This document shows, in pieces, positions 54,101 to 63,891 of a stretch of DNA of 64,000 nucleotides (positions within the stretch are counted from its first letter, which is position 1; each line of letters starts with the position of its first letter). A model generated the notes under the pieces. It was given only the letters and a program-made list of their open reading frames with translations. It was not told the origin of the DNA and ran no database searches. The stretch lies in NCBI GenBank assembly GCA_000091205.1, contig AP006500.2, one strand, 5' to 3'. Source of the stretch: Cyanidioschyzon merolae (Eukaryota). Position numbers and translations under genes: made by a program.

Positions 54101-55133
54101 GCGCGCTTGCGCAATGACGCTGGATGCGCGGTGGGCCTTCTGTTGCTGTTGTTGTTGTTGTTGTTGCTGCTGCTGCTGCTGCTGACGCGCGAGTCACGGT
54201 GTCCATGACGCTTGCGCCCAGCCGACGGGACGCATACCCGCGTGTCGACGATGTCGTTGACGAGGCGGGCGGTTGTACGCCAACCTCGCACGGCGATGAG
54301 GCATCAGCATCCCCGCAAGCCATGTGGATGCAGGGCGCGTACGCTGATGCGCACAAAACGGCTAAGCAGAGCTGCCACACCTCTCGACGCGTCAGCGCTG
54401 AGACTCCTGTCGTTGACCACCGCGCATCTAGAGCGGACCAAACGGCCTCGTTCGCCAGAGGATCATGATTCGCATTTGTATCCGAGGGTGTCCAGATCAA
54501 GTGTAACAAGAAGGACAAGAGTGCCTCTTCGTGTGTGATGCAGGTATCAAGCGGGTGTAGTTCACAGGAGCGCTTATTCGCAGCGGAGGCGGCTGTGGTA
54601 GGCGTCTGCTCCGAGACCGAATAGGACGCCTCCAGTAAGTCCAAAAACTGTACCTGTTTGAAGCCATCATTCAGTTTTCCGCAAGGTGTGTTCGATATTG
54701 TCGTCAGTTCCGGCACAACGACGGCGCTCGTACGCTGACGCGCAGCATCGCCGCGCTGGCCCAGCCAGCTGGTGCGTCGCGAGGTGTCGGCACCCTCGGG
54801 AAGCTCCCCGGAGACCGTAAAACGCGTCCCTGGTTCCAATACGGCACTCCACGGACCGGACAACGACAACGATGGAGATTCTTCGTAGCTGTCCAGCATT
54901 GGACCCTGTAGGTCTATGTGCGGCGCCTGTACATGCACACTTGCCTGCCGCGCAACAGTCGGGTGGTACTCGGCCCAGGAGCGCAGCGAACGCTCTGCGT
55001 CAGTGCGCGCCGAGGCATTCCCACGTTCCACAGGAGAAGCGACGTTGTCGGTCCGATCATCCGGACGAAAAATGCTGACTGTGATGCCCATGACACAATG
55101 CACCACAACGCTCTCTACGAAGAGCCAAAACAA
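48114..55133 (-). CDS. giant (2339 aa) leucine-rich-repeat protein. C-terminal array of cysteine-containing LRRs (FBXL/AMN1-like); N-terminal two thirds low-complexity (polyPro, polyHis, Ser/Ala-rich).
   Basis: Repeated units of the form LxxLDLSxCxxITDxGLxxL (e.g. LETLDLSGCSHITDRGLIGLAPHLRQLKECILDGCLGI, LERLDLSQCRLITDAGLEHLQSLKSLRELDLADTNVT, LRALNISQNMRISDAGLREYA) across the last ~650 aa. PPPPPPPLPP and HHQHHDHHHHHHHD tracts upstream. No stop in 7 kb. Confidence 0.8.
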   Translation of the reverse strand: MFWLFVESVVVHCVMGITVSIFRPDDRTDNVASPVERGNASARTDAERSLRSWAEYHPTVARQASVHVQAPHIDLQGPMLDSYEESPSLSLSGPWSAVLEPGTRFTVSGELPEGADTSRRTSWLGQRGDAARQRTSAVVVPELTTISNTPCGKLNDGFKQVQFLDLLEASYSVSEQTPTTAASAANKRSCELHPLDTCITHEEALLSFLLHLIWTPSDTNANHDPLANEAVWSALDARWSTTGVSALTRREVWQLCLAVLCASAYAPCIHMACGDADASSPCEVGVQPPASSTTSSTRGYASRRLGASVMDTVTRASAAAAAATTTTTTATEGPPRIQRHCASAPRPEPEDAEYLSNRCCALCSWLQKRFILRMRRDMALIRLCLWSLCAEYQDKDQQMPQRMSVWSASLPLHIGRDSLRLVDDILRSLIPNSSDKPFPVLVGERQHGASLHELKRGGRQHAPNATTLSTLPAPKPCRALDSTPKQPLVAAADAPELPACVDASAAASMAAPVANELPLPEQRSQSSDEALWHRWQQRRTGCLEGLSYDPFQHDLFADGSISVPFETLFDIDALLESLAALVARHTGPALPTDLVSGDLNASGGCSLRTHTARQRQTQETQQLDTQALERKTNIQGSLQECPTNAAAVPNKFSRSISCIHGCSSSRTTCLEARSPPPPPPPLPPRDEDMQRSRSSLQTDTSLDGRRLFINGGFRHATGAGAFSSCSSSGSLQSPNASFTASGSERTNRSTLARESALSLQDFINNERRCRLRASSFTDHKRYRQDAGSASLGGTVRRQQSPRGDRSSPSTGIEAGESARTLCDGSTGVAPLARYPDEGEDPLTTDLDLMERYVEALEEVLESLEASASSVSATGRAASTSVLPYRRSVRYPRCASYPSFGQNPRAHYHQHHDHHHHHHHDRGYDEYDGNEQLQCWALHAMQMPSKPQPGRRFTLLHQRQQALSRAGARHPLLSELLQVLSGSSTGNQGICASPKDGNLLQREASAAAGAAATTASPTGARVLDAASPERSVSRPQRRASLRASLWLASSATTALHSYWMSLASSAGMDAERFHQNDGSRSRHSRPDAATQSSVSEGGFWTRRSGVIPERYPSHRIQSVCAAGSPEIVLVNAHAYRCVPGQTTRSPVACRGYTLLYRWRGTDPLPCMFAADADLHPSASLSRDGERPMPAAAVPLVSSLEREPGMSPTSLGERFATYSPCTASDERQLQSVPAGMLEASPLLQRYGDVVGASASSVCALPAGHVPERRPSSTEATDERFETPRRTSSPSSAGFSSPVTPAVDVHTYRGRIDHAAFIAADSASVRLSVDAAASIERCSDANSPPAELASEAFPRRHAMDALLSTATHQPDAHNSGFAKRTLHAATSALHQLLGAASPLSERARNDAEQDAVAGNSCRGRQCMSGPRSMRTGSGEDAGVARAGQQQAQCALLRLDNSASPNDGPKAGIWQDPLPRNSTWVRVQRLVSSPASGAADSGSEAFCEALLAVNASSHPRVRELVRRTLPPDIGDSVTILGFGAVPASLQTLCAQCFVQYTVDGQHADSHLDRYPQCQSMDAADAVNTFMASSWTAEAHLRQQARALVRLGVDASGMSASLLDGVQRAAAAPAAAAAWDSLPEPLLALCWEAAVASGIATPALLRFYAQRVAPQVTLTAADSGLWPNIGPGLQIRPAPVSLGHRFRVAAPYRTRIRDTWLLALAPAAAGAATLETLDLSGCSHITDRGLIGLAPHLRQLKECILDGCLGIWGPGVRALLRLCSKLERLSLAGCRSLTDEAFQGLASGVARGPCQRTSAGRFALKHLDLSSCIHLTDEGLGALVAALSTPEAKAGDSEDTAIESVATTEASAGLVAPLTTEALLYSSSSNSSSSGTLETLSVAHCFRLGDRSLRPLLRQHRQSLRVVDLSYTRITGAVLQELGALPQLQSLSLCGCGETLSVESDAATRFGEELALPGKQLVHLDLGKCAQLVTDGFLAALAGLASGRRTHHQYNRQQYQQNPAAVERLVHATHGVYSSRDTLRSLSVHGCRLTDRSLSHYVRLFQGLERLDLSQCRLITDAGLEHLQSLKSLRELDLADTNVTSAVGASLLARLRQLRRLDLSYTAVQSNITKSLSTLEQLEWLGLDARLISDDALQVEENEASPEPVSSRDVAAPALSSATVAVHLHRRIGLPRHLRHLDLFGAHITDRGMSYLVQACPYVESLEVCSGALTDAALRLIAQHLPYLRALNISQNMRISDAGLREYARLAQVQQDLGQPHLLETLNLAFTAVTWRGLAVLLPTLPYLRLLCVRGCNKDSFSAVSVQSLERMRPGLVILGAETDQPGS
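52378..52399. repeat. (TGA/ATG)n microsatellite, the plus-strand view of the (CAT)n encoding the polyHis tract in the LRR protein
   Basis: atgatgatgatgatgatgatgatc. Confidence 0.85.
54140..54184. repeat. (TGY)n microsatellite inside the LRR-protein coding region
   Basis: ctgttgctgttgttgttgttgttgttgctgctgctgctgctgctg. Confidence 0.8.
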
Positions 55134-58100
55134 CGTGTTCCAGAGGTACTCGTCTCGCCGCGGAGCTGTTTGTCACGGCATCCAGTAGTAGAGCTGCTGC
55201 TGCTGGTGCTGGTGCTGGTGCTGGTGGTGCTGCGAGATTGCCGGCCTCGGAGCTGTGGGCGGAGCGCGCGCGCGCCCCCCCCGGAAGTCCGTTGGCGACG
55301 GCGGCGGCTTTGGCTTTGGCTTCGACGCCATGCGGGCGATGCGCAAGCCATGACCGTTTTGTACGCAATTGTCGTGACTAGATATTTTTGTTCTTCGAGG
55401 CTGAGCGGCCGCATGAATCGCCTGTCGATTCGTTGCGTGACGCCCGTACGCAGTCATCACGAATCATGGAACATTTTATGGGTCTGCGGTGACGCCCGGA
55501 GACCGTTCGCTGTATATCCATACAGCGAGCTGGTCTTCCTGGATTATTGATCGTACCATATGAATGTCTCGCACAAGGTGGCGATGCATCTCGCGGAGCC
55601 ACGGATTTATTTTTCATGGAAAGTATCCTGCATTTCAGCAACATATCAGCACGACGTACGCAACGATTCCTTCGAGCGTGCGTTCGATACAGAACCAGTA
55701 GACGCTTTGGAAACAGACGATATTTCCGAAGGTTGATTGAGGCGTTCAGATCTCGGTAAGGAAAGTGCTTGTGCGCTCGGTTGCTGCTGGTGGCAGCAGA
55801 CGCTAGCGAGCCGCTCACTTTCGATTTTTCGCGCCATTCGACTTTCGGTTAACGGTTCGTGCACCAATCTCGGACATCTGTCTCTGTTTCACGCACTGCT
55901 TACCGAGTTGTTTCAAGGTGCAAACCTGCCCATGATTCGTGGACGGCACCCTCAACGCATCGACGGGAATCGTGTAAAATCGATGACTGCACTTGTTGGA
56001 TACGCGCTTATCATAGAATCAGGAGTGCTGGCTCTGCGCGCTCCAGCATGTCCAGCGCCATCAGCTACGATGGGAGAACGCGAGTTATCAGCGATCTCCG
56101 TTTCCAACTCGAAGAATCATTTCGTGAGCACGCGCTCCTTGACGCGATGCTACCGAAAATCGTCGACGACCGCAGCGCGGTCTCATGGACGCACCCTGAA
56201 TACAGCGCAGAAAGACTCGCTTCTCTTAGATACTGTGCTGAGAGCGTCGATATGGATGCGGAAGTCGGTATTCCATTCACTGGCATGCCGCCGGACGCCC
56301 GAAGATAACGAGCCCCGGAAGAATTGAGCAGATCCGATTACTCTCCATCCAGGCGTTGGATCTCTCCTCCGGATGAAGAGGTACAGCGTTGGCCACGGGG
56401 AACCGGCCGTACCTGGAATCGACGATCACCACTGGTCGAAGCACGATTTGCGGAAGACCGGTGTTCGGGATGCGAAGTGCTCGTGCATTGATCCGTGAAC
56501 GCAAACATGACATTTGATCACCACGAAGACGCCTCTGACTTGACCGACGCAGGGAGCATAGGCAGGCACGAGGAGCGGCTCAACGCCAGTCTCAGCTGCG
56601 TAGTTCGTGACCGCTTTTGAATGAGAGAAGCCGACGTTGTCAAAGAGCACGGCTGACGAATGCGTTGCGGAGAAGCCGCAAACGTGCCTCGACCAAGGAT
56701 GTCGTATCGAATGATCCTGTTCGTTTTTTTTCGGATTCGTCAGCGAGCACACCACTGACCCACTGATTCCGGCTCGAGTCGTCGTCACGCGTTCTTGTCT
56801 CCTGTTTACCGACAGAACGCGGGCTTCTCTTTGTGTGCCCCCGTATAACGCTACCGCTTCTCTCTCGAGTCAGACGACTACCCGTGGATCCTGTACCAAC
56901 TGCTCGCATTCCAGGTCGACCCCGATCGCGTACTGATCAACGCGAGACGGTCTCCCGTGGACGCATGCGTTTCACTTCTTCCGGCCGAGTCTCTGCTTTA
57001 ACGCTCGCATCAACGGTACGGAAACTTTACATTCTGTGGCGTTTTCGTGGTGACCTGCCTTTGGAATCGTATAAAGTTGAATCGATTGACGACGAGATCT
57101 TCATGTAGATGGAGCTGGATATGTTCTCTTTCGGGTGCATGACGTCCAGGATACGGACGACGAGATGGACCATTCGTGTGCCTGCTGACGGTAATCCATC
57201 TGACTTGCATCAATAATTCCGTACAGCCTCAGATATTCCAGAATCCACTGCACTGGGCGGAACCTGAATCCCCTTGGGATGCTTTTCGTGCTACCGCTGG
57301 CACCCGGAGAACTGCCAACAGCGCCTTCGTAGATACCTCTTTCTTCGACTGACTCCCTACCCGTTTTCTTCCGTCTCGAATAGATCCTGCGACGTGATAA
57401 GTGTGTCGTCGGCAATGATGCAACTGTACTTGACGATGCTGGATGTGCTGATACCGTCGTCTGTGCGGGGCAACGCCTCCGACCTTACCGTGCATGCGGA
57501 GACGACTGCCCAAGGTAGCGGCGTCTGAATGTGCGCTCCGGGTAGCGAGCGCCGGTGCCTCCGCTCTACGGGAGACACACGGTAGCAGTCGGGTGCTGTC
57601 CGTAGCGGTTAAGGGAACTTGCCATGCTGTCGTTTCAGCCAGTGCTGGCTCGTACCTTTACTGCTGCCAACTGGCAGCGCTCTAGTCTCAACTCAGGAGC
57701 TGACGCGCACGCGAGGACGTTCCTGAAGAGAAGCACGTACCCAGCGACTGCTTCGTGTACACGCCGAGCACAACCGAGCCCCACGAGCACCGTCCAGTTC
57801 CTGATGTGTAAGGGTGATGAAAAGCCAGCGTACTTGCGGTTCCCGATACCCGCGTATGGTTATCTCGGCATTTCGAGCGTACTGGCGATTGCGGCAATAG
57901 GTTCTGTGTTCGAGCTCAGCTCCGGGAAGCCGCAGTACGGGGTCGTGTTCACCGCGAGCGTGTTGGCTCTGAGCCTGCCCGGGTTTCTGGCCACCTTCTG
58001 GCTCGCTTTGGAAAAGGGACGAGACGAGTCTGACCAATAGCTTTCAAGGGTTTGGGAGTAGGAGGAGCCCCGCCCTGGCATCGCTTGCAGGCTGGAGAGA

Positions 58101-59074
58101 GAGGCGAGCGCTTCACCAGCACGATCGCGTTCGCGACCGAGCTCGCCTCGCGTCTCTTGGCAACGGTTGCGCTACTTTGGCCTGTTGCCGGCAGCAAACA
58201 TGTACCCGTGGGAGTTCTGGTGCCAAATGTCGATCGTATACCATGAACAAATGCGTACGTCGACTTGAATAAGAACGGACTCTGGCTTCTGAGTGGAGTG
58301 GTTTTCGCCTCATCGGAGGCGAGCTGCACAAGCCTGTCGGAAAGGGAGCGGGAATGCCGAGTTTCGTGCCGCCAGCGCAAGTGCACCGTGCGACACGTCA
58401 TTAGATGCAGCCATCAGGGCCTTGACTGAAGACCATGGGTCGAAATACCATGATCACATTCGGGATACAAGGGCTCTACCTGAGTCGCTCGGGTGCACGC
58501 AACGCGCTTGGCGACGACGACGACACCAGCGCACAAGGCGCGACGTCCTGCCACCAAAGGATCGATACGCAGCGCCGCCTTACAGACGTGCATATCTGAG
58601 GAAATACCGCCAATACGAGGGGTCTCTTTACCGAAGATGCATGTCCTGCAGCATGCCTGCACAGGCTGCATTCGTGAAAGGCATGCAGAAAATAGGTTAA
58701 CGGCCGTCAATAGTATGATTGGAAAGGAAGCGAGTTCGCTGAGCATCCCAGCACGAGATCAATGGGTGCGTAGCAGCGGCCTGCATGAACGCTGTACTGT
58801 GCGACAAGCGACGCGATTTGCAGCATCCCAGGTTATCGCTGAGGCCAGTGCCTGGGGTATATGATTCTAGATGCTTTCATCGCGTGGTCTTGTACCATCG
58901 GCGTACTCAGGTGATATGGGTGTTTTCCGGGTGTTCAGTGCCGGAGCGCTCCGTGGCTTATCGGCTGAGCGCCCAGCCAGCCGAATTTGGCGACCTACGC
59001 GATGGCGCCTGTGCGTATGCCCCGAAAGCTTCGCGTACGGAATTCATTGTCTATGTATGTGTTTGTGCTCGTAC

Positions 59075-59095
59075 GTGTGTGTGTGTGTGTGTGTG
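59075..59095. repeat. (TG)10 dinucleotide microsatellite
   Basis: gtgtgtgtgtgtgtgtgtgtg. Confidence 0.85.
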
Positions 59096-59170
59096 CCCCA
59101 ATGGTGATGTGTGCATTGCGCGAGCGACGAATGACGCCATATCCCGGGGCTTGATCGTCGACCAGCGGAC

Positions 59171-60088
59171 TCAAATAAGATTACGATGCGTTTGTTGGGT
59201 CTGGTTGCAAGTCAGCTTAGCGTGCGTTTGCTGGAGCGCATTGTCAAGAACACGAAGCTCATCGATCCACTCCAACCAGCCGATGTTGTTCCAGTAGCGA
59301 TACTGGAGGCGCCAGCCTCTCCGAACGCCGTCACTGACACTGGCATCCGGATACGCCCAGGCTTGTAGAACCTGTTGTGGGCTCAGCGGCATCGTACGCC
59401 AATGGGCGCTAGCTAGTCCTTCAGCTGTTGGTGCTGGTTCTGCGTTCTTTGACGCGTCTTGCGGAGGTTGCACGCCCATTGCCTGCACCCATTCGAGTGG
59501 CACGCGATAGCCGTAGCAGGCTCGGCAGAGGCCTTCCCCGAGGTATCGCCTTCGAGTCACTTCCATGGCCAGCTGGCGAACGAATTTCTCTAAAGAGCCC
59601 ACACAATCCCAAAAGACATGCTCGCTCCAGTGCATCTCGTGAAGAAGCGTTGTCAGGTTCGACCGCACCGGTCCGTCGAAGGACGTCACAAGCTGCTCAT
59701 TGAGTTCGAGCACGAGACGATCGCCCTCGTGGACTGCCTCCTGCATCCGAGTCAGATTTTCAGCGATACCTTGTAGTGCCTCCTCTATACGCGACGTTTC
59801 CCTTTCTTGCACTTTGTCGAAGGCCGTCCCAGACTGACCCGAGACCGTCACAGGAGAAGCTGTGCCCGGGACGTCGAGGACTTCAAAAACCCAGTGGTGC
59901 TTGCCCAGGACACGAACGGCCTCGATGCACTGGCAAGCCTCTGCTGCGGTTGCAGCGTGCTCGAGTGCCGCGAGATCAGCCTCATGAAATCGTTGACCGA
60001 GAGGCGCAGCAGCTAAAAGAACTCTAACGAGACGGAGCGCCAGACGCAGGGCACGTTTACGCTCAGATCGTTCCCGAGGAGGTCGCAT
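59171..60088 (-). CDS. hypothetical protein (305 aa)
   Basis: Uninterrupted frame with coding-like composition, starting with ATG (MRPPRERSERKRALRLALRLV...). No family recognised. Confidence 0.35.
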   Translation of the reverse strand: MRPPRERSERKRALRLALRLVRVLLAAAPLGQRFHEADLAALEHAATAAEACQCIEAVRVLGKHHWVFEVLDVPGTASPVTVSGQSGTAFDKVQERETSRIEEALQGIAENLTRMQEAVHEGDRLVLELNEQLVTSFDGPVRSNLTTLLHEMHWSEHVFWDCVGSLEKFVRQLAMEVTRRRYLGEGLCRACYGYRVPLEWVQAMGVQPPQDASKNAEPAPTAEGLASAHWRTMPLSPQQVLQAWAYPDASVSDGVRRGWRLQYRYWNNIGWLEWIDELRVLDNALQQTHAKLTCNQTQQTHRNLI

Positions 60089-61589
60089 GAAGCCGCGAGC
60101 TTTTCAACGGTCGATAACAGCTAGGGTTATGGAACGTCGTGCGTCACGCACGCATCGCCTATTCGTTTCGTTGTAATTTCATTGGTAGCTTCAGGTCGAC
60201 GACGCTGAAACGCAACCGGGGCACAAGCAGGAAAACGCCGAGCGCCTGTACGAGCAGTTCGAACACCTCGACTGCGCAGTGGAGACGCGTTGCGGTTTCG
60301 GGACGCGGTTATGGTGTTGGTGCAGGGACCACTACAGTCGCAGAATCGTTGTTTTGGGGAAACGAGAATTGAGGCTCTGCAAAAGCAGTTTGTATTTTCT
60401 ATACGTGTCCAAATGAAACATGAAAGATCTGTTTGAGAAAGAGCGTCACTCATGAGAACAGCGAATCGCGCAACCGCTTACAAACGTTCATCGAGCCAAA
60501 CCCGACCAGCGCAGGAGACGTCTTGCCGAAGCACGGAAGAGGGCGCACGCGATTAGCACGAGTCATTCTCTCTCTGGGAGATGCTGCTGGTGCCAAACCT
60601 GAGAACTTTTTTCGAACGACGAAGGGAAACGAAGTGGATTGGAACTTTTTGAAAGAGAGCGTGAGCGAACGCGGATATTCTCGCTGTGAAAGCTCTATAG
60701 GATCTTCCGAGGAACTAGAGGGTGATCCAGGTCCGAGGCACGGATGTCCAACGTACTGATCCTGAATCAGGCAAAGATGACGATGCTGAAGTCGCCACTT
60801 AGGCAACAGGTACGGTACTGGATCGGCTGCGATGCCCTGGACGTTTCTGCAAACATACCGTTGGCGCGTCTGCTCGTTGCGAAATCGGTATATGAAGTTG
60901 CGAGATGTTTGCATTGCGAAGATGTGCAAACCACCCTCTGAATGAGTTTACAACGCACCAAGTAACTTCAGGCAGGCAGGCAGGCAGGCGTTGGAAATAT
61001 CTGCGCCTGGCGTCACGCGTGCGAAAAGAACACTGCTCCATGGCGCGCTCGATAAACATGGAAGCGGAGCAGCGTATGCCAGGCTGGGATTCGTCGAGCC
61101 ATATTGCCCCGTCAGAGGAGCTGAGATCGATTCCACCGTTGCCAACAGCATCCGGTTCATCTAGGGCAGGATACTTGTATGCAACGCTGCTGCAGCGAAA
61201 GAGGGCGAGATCCTCTCACCTGCATGCGATGCCTCACCTCCGTGCGAGTGCTGTCTTCGCTTGCCGACAAGAGTCACAACTCCGTTGTTTCGCCTGCACA
61301 CAATGCGGATCACCCAGTGACAAGTTGCGCATGTTTGCAAGTACGTGTCAGGGCAGCGGCGTGCTTCTCTGAAACCTGGTGCACCAACGCTCGCTGCGGT
61401 ATTCGCGAGCAGCAACCTGCACTAGCGTTCGCTACTCCTTTCCGTTTCTTCCGCGAATCACAGAGCATTGCAGCATTATTCGGTGAGAATCTATTCTTTG
61501 TACATAAAACGGGCGCCAACAAACCTTCCCAGCGGTCACATATCGATCTGTTGTCCATGGATCAATGACACTCATGCCCTGTAACGTTA

Positions 61590-61740
61590 CGTCTTGCCTC
61601 TAGTGCACCGCCTGCCCACCTAGTTACCTCGCTACCTACGTTCTTACCTACATATTTACTTACCAACATACCTATTTACCTACTTACCTACCTTCTTACG
61701 TATCTACTCACCTATCTACTTCCGTTTGTACCTGCCGATC
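61590..61740. repeat. pyrimidine-rich degenerate short-period repeat (TACCTAC / TTACCTA-like units), ~150 bp
   Basis: ctagttacctcgctacctacgttcttacctacatatttacttaccaacatacctatttacctacttacctaccttcttacgtatctactcacctatctacttcc, lying 180-330 bp upstream of the CysJ-like gene start. Confidence 0.6.
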
Positions 61741-61920
61741 TAGCTGCCAGGCCGCCACGTGGATACGTTGTCCAATGGCGGCAGCGATCGACGGCCGATC
61801 GTCCACAAATCGACGGTGGCATTCGTCTGGGGCGCGCGGCCTCACAGCGCGGCGCCTACTGCCTCGTCAACGGCGTTACATTTCTAACGGTTTACGCTCA
61901 CGCTACCAGAGCCACGGATA

Positions 61921-63891
61921 ATGCTAGGTGCAATTCTTCTAATTGCGGCTTTTTGGGTGTTGCTGCGTTCGCTGCGCTCTGTGTGGACAGGTTTCTCAGG
62001 TTCGAGTGCAGCGACAAAGAAGAAACTAAAAGCCGCGAAGAGGAATCGCTTTGAGGACTTTCTCCTCGACGATAAGGTGCGTGCTGGATCGAGTGGCTTA
62101 TCGAATGGCGTTTCCGCTGCCCCAGTTACCGCATCCGACGCTGCAGCTAGCATTATTCAAGAGGCGTTTGAGAACGCTACCACAGGCGGCTTACCTGTGC
62201 TTGTTCTCTACGGAACGGAATACGGCTTTTCCCGTCAGGTGGCGAAGCACGTGGCAACCGAGCTATCGCAACGTCTCCAGGGTCGCGTCTCGCCGCGAGT
62301 GCTAAACATGCTCCACCACGATGTGGTTGATTTTCGGCGTGAACCGATACTGTTGGTGGTCTGCTCCACCACCGGTGACGGGGTCGTTCCGAGTGACGCT
62401 CGTGCGTTCGCAGACCGCCTGGAAGCACGCTCGCTCCCGGTGTCAGCGGATACGCGCTATGGTGTGCTTGCTTTAGGCGACCGCGCCTATCCTCACTTTT
62501 GCCGCGCCGGAAAGCTCCTCTCCGAGTGGTTCCAAACGCTGTGTCCGGGACCAGGTGCAGCGCTCGCCGAAAGGATGGATGTGGATCAGGAAGACTGGAC
62601 AGCCATCAATGCGTGGATTCACGCAGTGGTTTCGGCACTGGAGAAGGAACTGTCGAAGCGCTCCCTGCCTGTCCCGGAATCCGACTATCTTCGAGCCAGT
62701 ATTATGCAAGGAGGAGCCCTGCTTGCCGAATTAGCAAACGATATGAGTCGGCGATATTCGAAAGAGGCACCGTTTCTCGCCCGGATGGTGGTGAAACGCC
62801 TGCTCACGCGCCTGGTGGAGCCCGGTGACAAAGAAACCTATCACATTGAACTAGACATTACTGGGTCAGATCTGAACTATCTTCCAGGGGATGCGCTCGG
62901 TGTGATTCCACGGAACGCTCCCGATATCGTTCGAGAGACGCTGGCGGCGTTGCGTATGCAGGGCTCCGAGCCCCTGGACGACCAAACTTCGGTGCGTCAG
63001 TGGCTCGAGGAGCGCGCTGATCTCAAACATGTACGCGGTTCAGCGCTGATTGCTCTGCTTCGGAAATCTCTCGACAAGAGTACCGCTGCGGACGAGTGCG
63101 AGCTTGCGGATACGCTCCTTCACGACGACCAAACGATGCAAGCGTTTCTCTACGGACGCGAGCTCGCAGATGTGTTGCTTGCGTTCCCATCGGCGCGTTT
63201 GGCGCCGTGTGAACTCACCCAAGTCGTCCGCTCGCTGCAACCTCGCTTCTATTCCATTGCGTCCTCCCCGACAGCACACGATCCGCAGAAAATCGCGCTC
63301 ACTGTGGCCGTCGTACGGTATGCATGTCATGGGCGCAACCACAAAGGAGTCGCAACGTGCTACCTCGCAGATCAGGTCCAGCCCGGAGATCTAGTGCCTG
63401 TGTTCCTTTCGCGCAACCCGAACTTCCGCCTGGTCTCTGATCCCCAGCGCCCCGTCGTGATGATCGGACCTGGTACCGGTGTGGCGCCTTTCCGCGCATT
63501 CACTGCCGAACGCAGAGGTTGCACGGGGCGAACGCTGTTGTTCTTCGGCAGTCGCCATCGTGATCGCGATTTCCTCTACGGAGACGAGTTCGAAGCGTTG
63601 GCTCAGACCGGTCAAATCGAGCTGTACACCGCGTTTTCGCGAGACCAGTCCGAAAAAATATACGTACAACACCGCTTGGTGGAACGGGCTCGTGATCTGT
63701 TCGACTTGATTTGGCGGCACGGCGCCTATATTTATGTGTGTGGAGATGCCGCACAGATGGCGCGTGATGTCGACCACGCCATACGTAAGATATTGGCCAC
63801 CGAAGGATCACTCAGCACTGATCAGGTCGACGCATTCATGCAAAAACTGGAACGCGAGCAACGCTACCAGCGGGACGTCTGGGTGGAGTAA
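61921..63891 (+). CDS. NADPH-dependent diflavin reductase of the sulfite-reductase flavoprotein (CysJ/Met10) type, with an N-terminal hydrophobic anchor
   Basis: N-terminal TM helix MLGAILLIAAFWVLL. Flavodoxin-like FMN domain (VLVLYGTEYGFSRQVAKHV, VVCSTTGDGVVPSDARAF). FAD motif RFYSIASSP. NADPH motif MIGPGTGVAPFRAF. CysJ-like C-terminus LYTAFSRDQSEKIYVQHRL...YVCGDAAQMARDV...EREQRYQRDVWVE*. Confidence 0.85.
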   Translation: MLGAILLIAAFWVLLRSLRSVWTGFSGSSAATKKKLKAAKRNRFEDFLLDDKVRAGSSGLSNGVSAAPVTASDAAASIIQEAFENATTGGLPVLVLYGTEYGFSRQVAKHVATELSQRLQGRVSPRVLNMLHHDVVDFRREPILLVVCSTTGDGVVPSDARAFADRLEARSLPVSADTRYGVLALGDRAYPHFCRAGKLLSEWFQTLCPGPGAALAERMDVDQEDWTAINAWIHAVVSALEKELSKRSLPVPESDYLRASIMQGGALLAELANDMSRRYSKEAPFLARMVVKRLLTRLVEPGDKETYHIELDITGSDLNYLPGDALGVIPRNAPDIVRETLAALRMQGSEPLDDQTSVRQWLEERADLKHVRGSALIALLRKSLDKSTAADECELADTLLHDDQTMQAFLYGRELADVLLAFPSARLAPCELTQVVRSLQPRFYSIASSPTAHDPQKIALTVAVVRYACHGRNHKGVATCYLADQVQPGDLVPVFLSRNPNFRLVSDPQRPVVMIGPGTGVAPFRAFTAERRGCTGRTLLFFGSRHRDRDFLYGDEFEALAQTGQIELYTAFSRDQSEKIYVQHRLVERARDLFDLIWRHGAYIYVCGDAAQMARDVDHAIRKILATEGSLSTDQVDAFMQKLEREQRYQRDVWVE

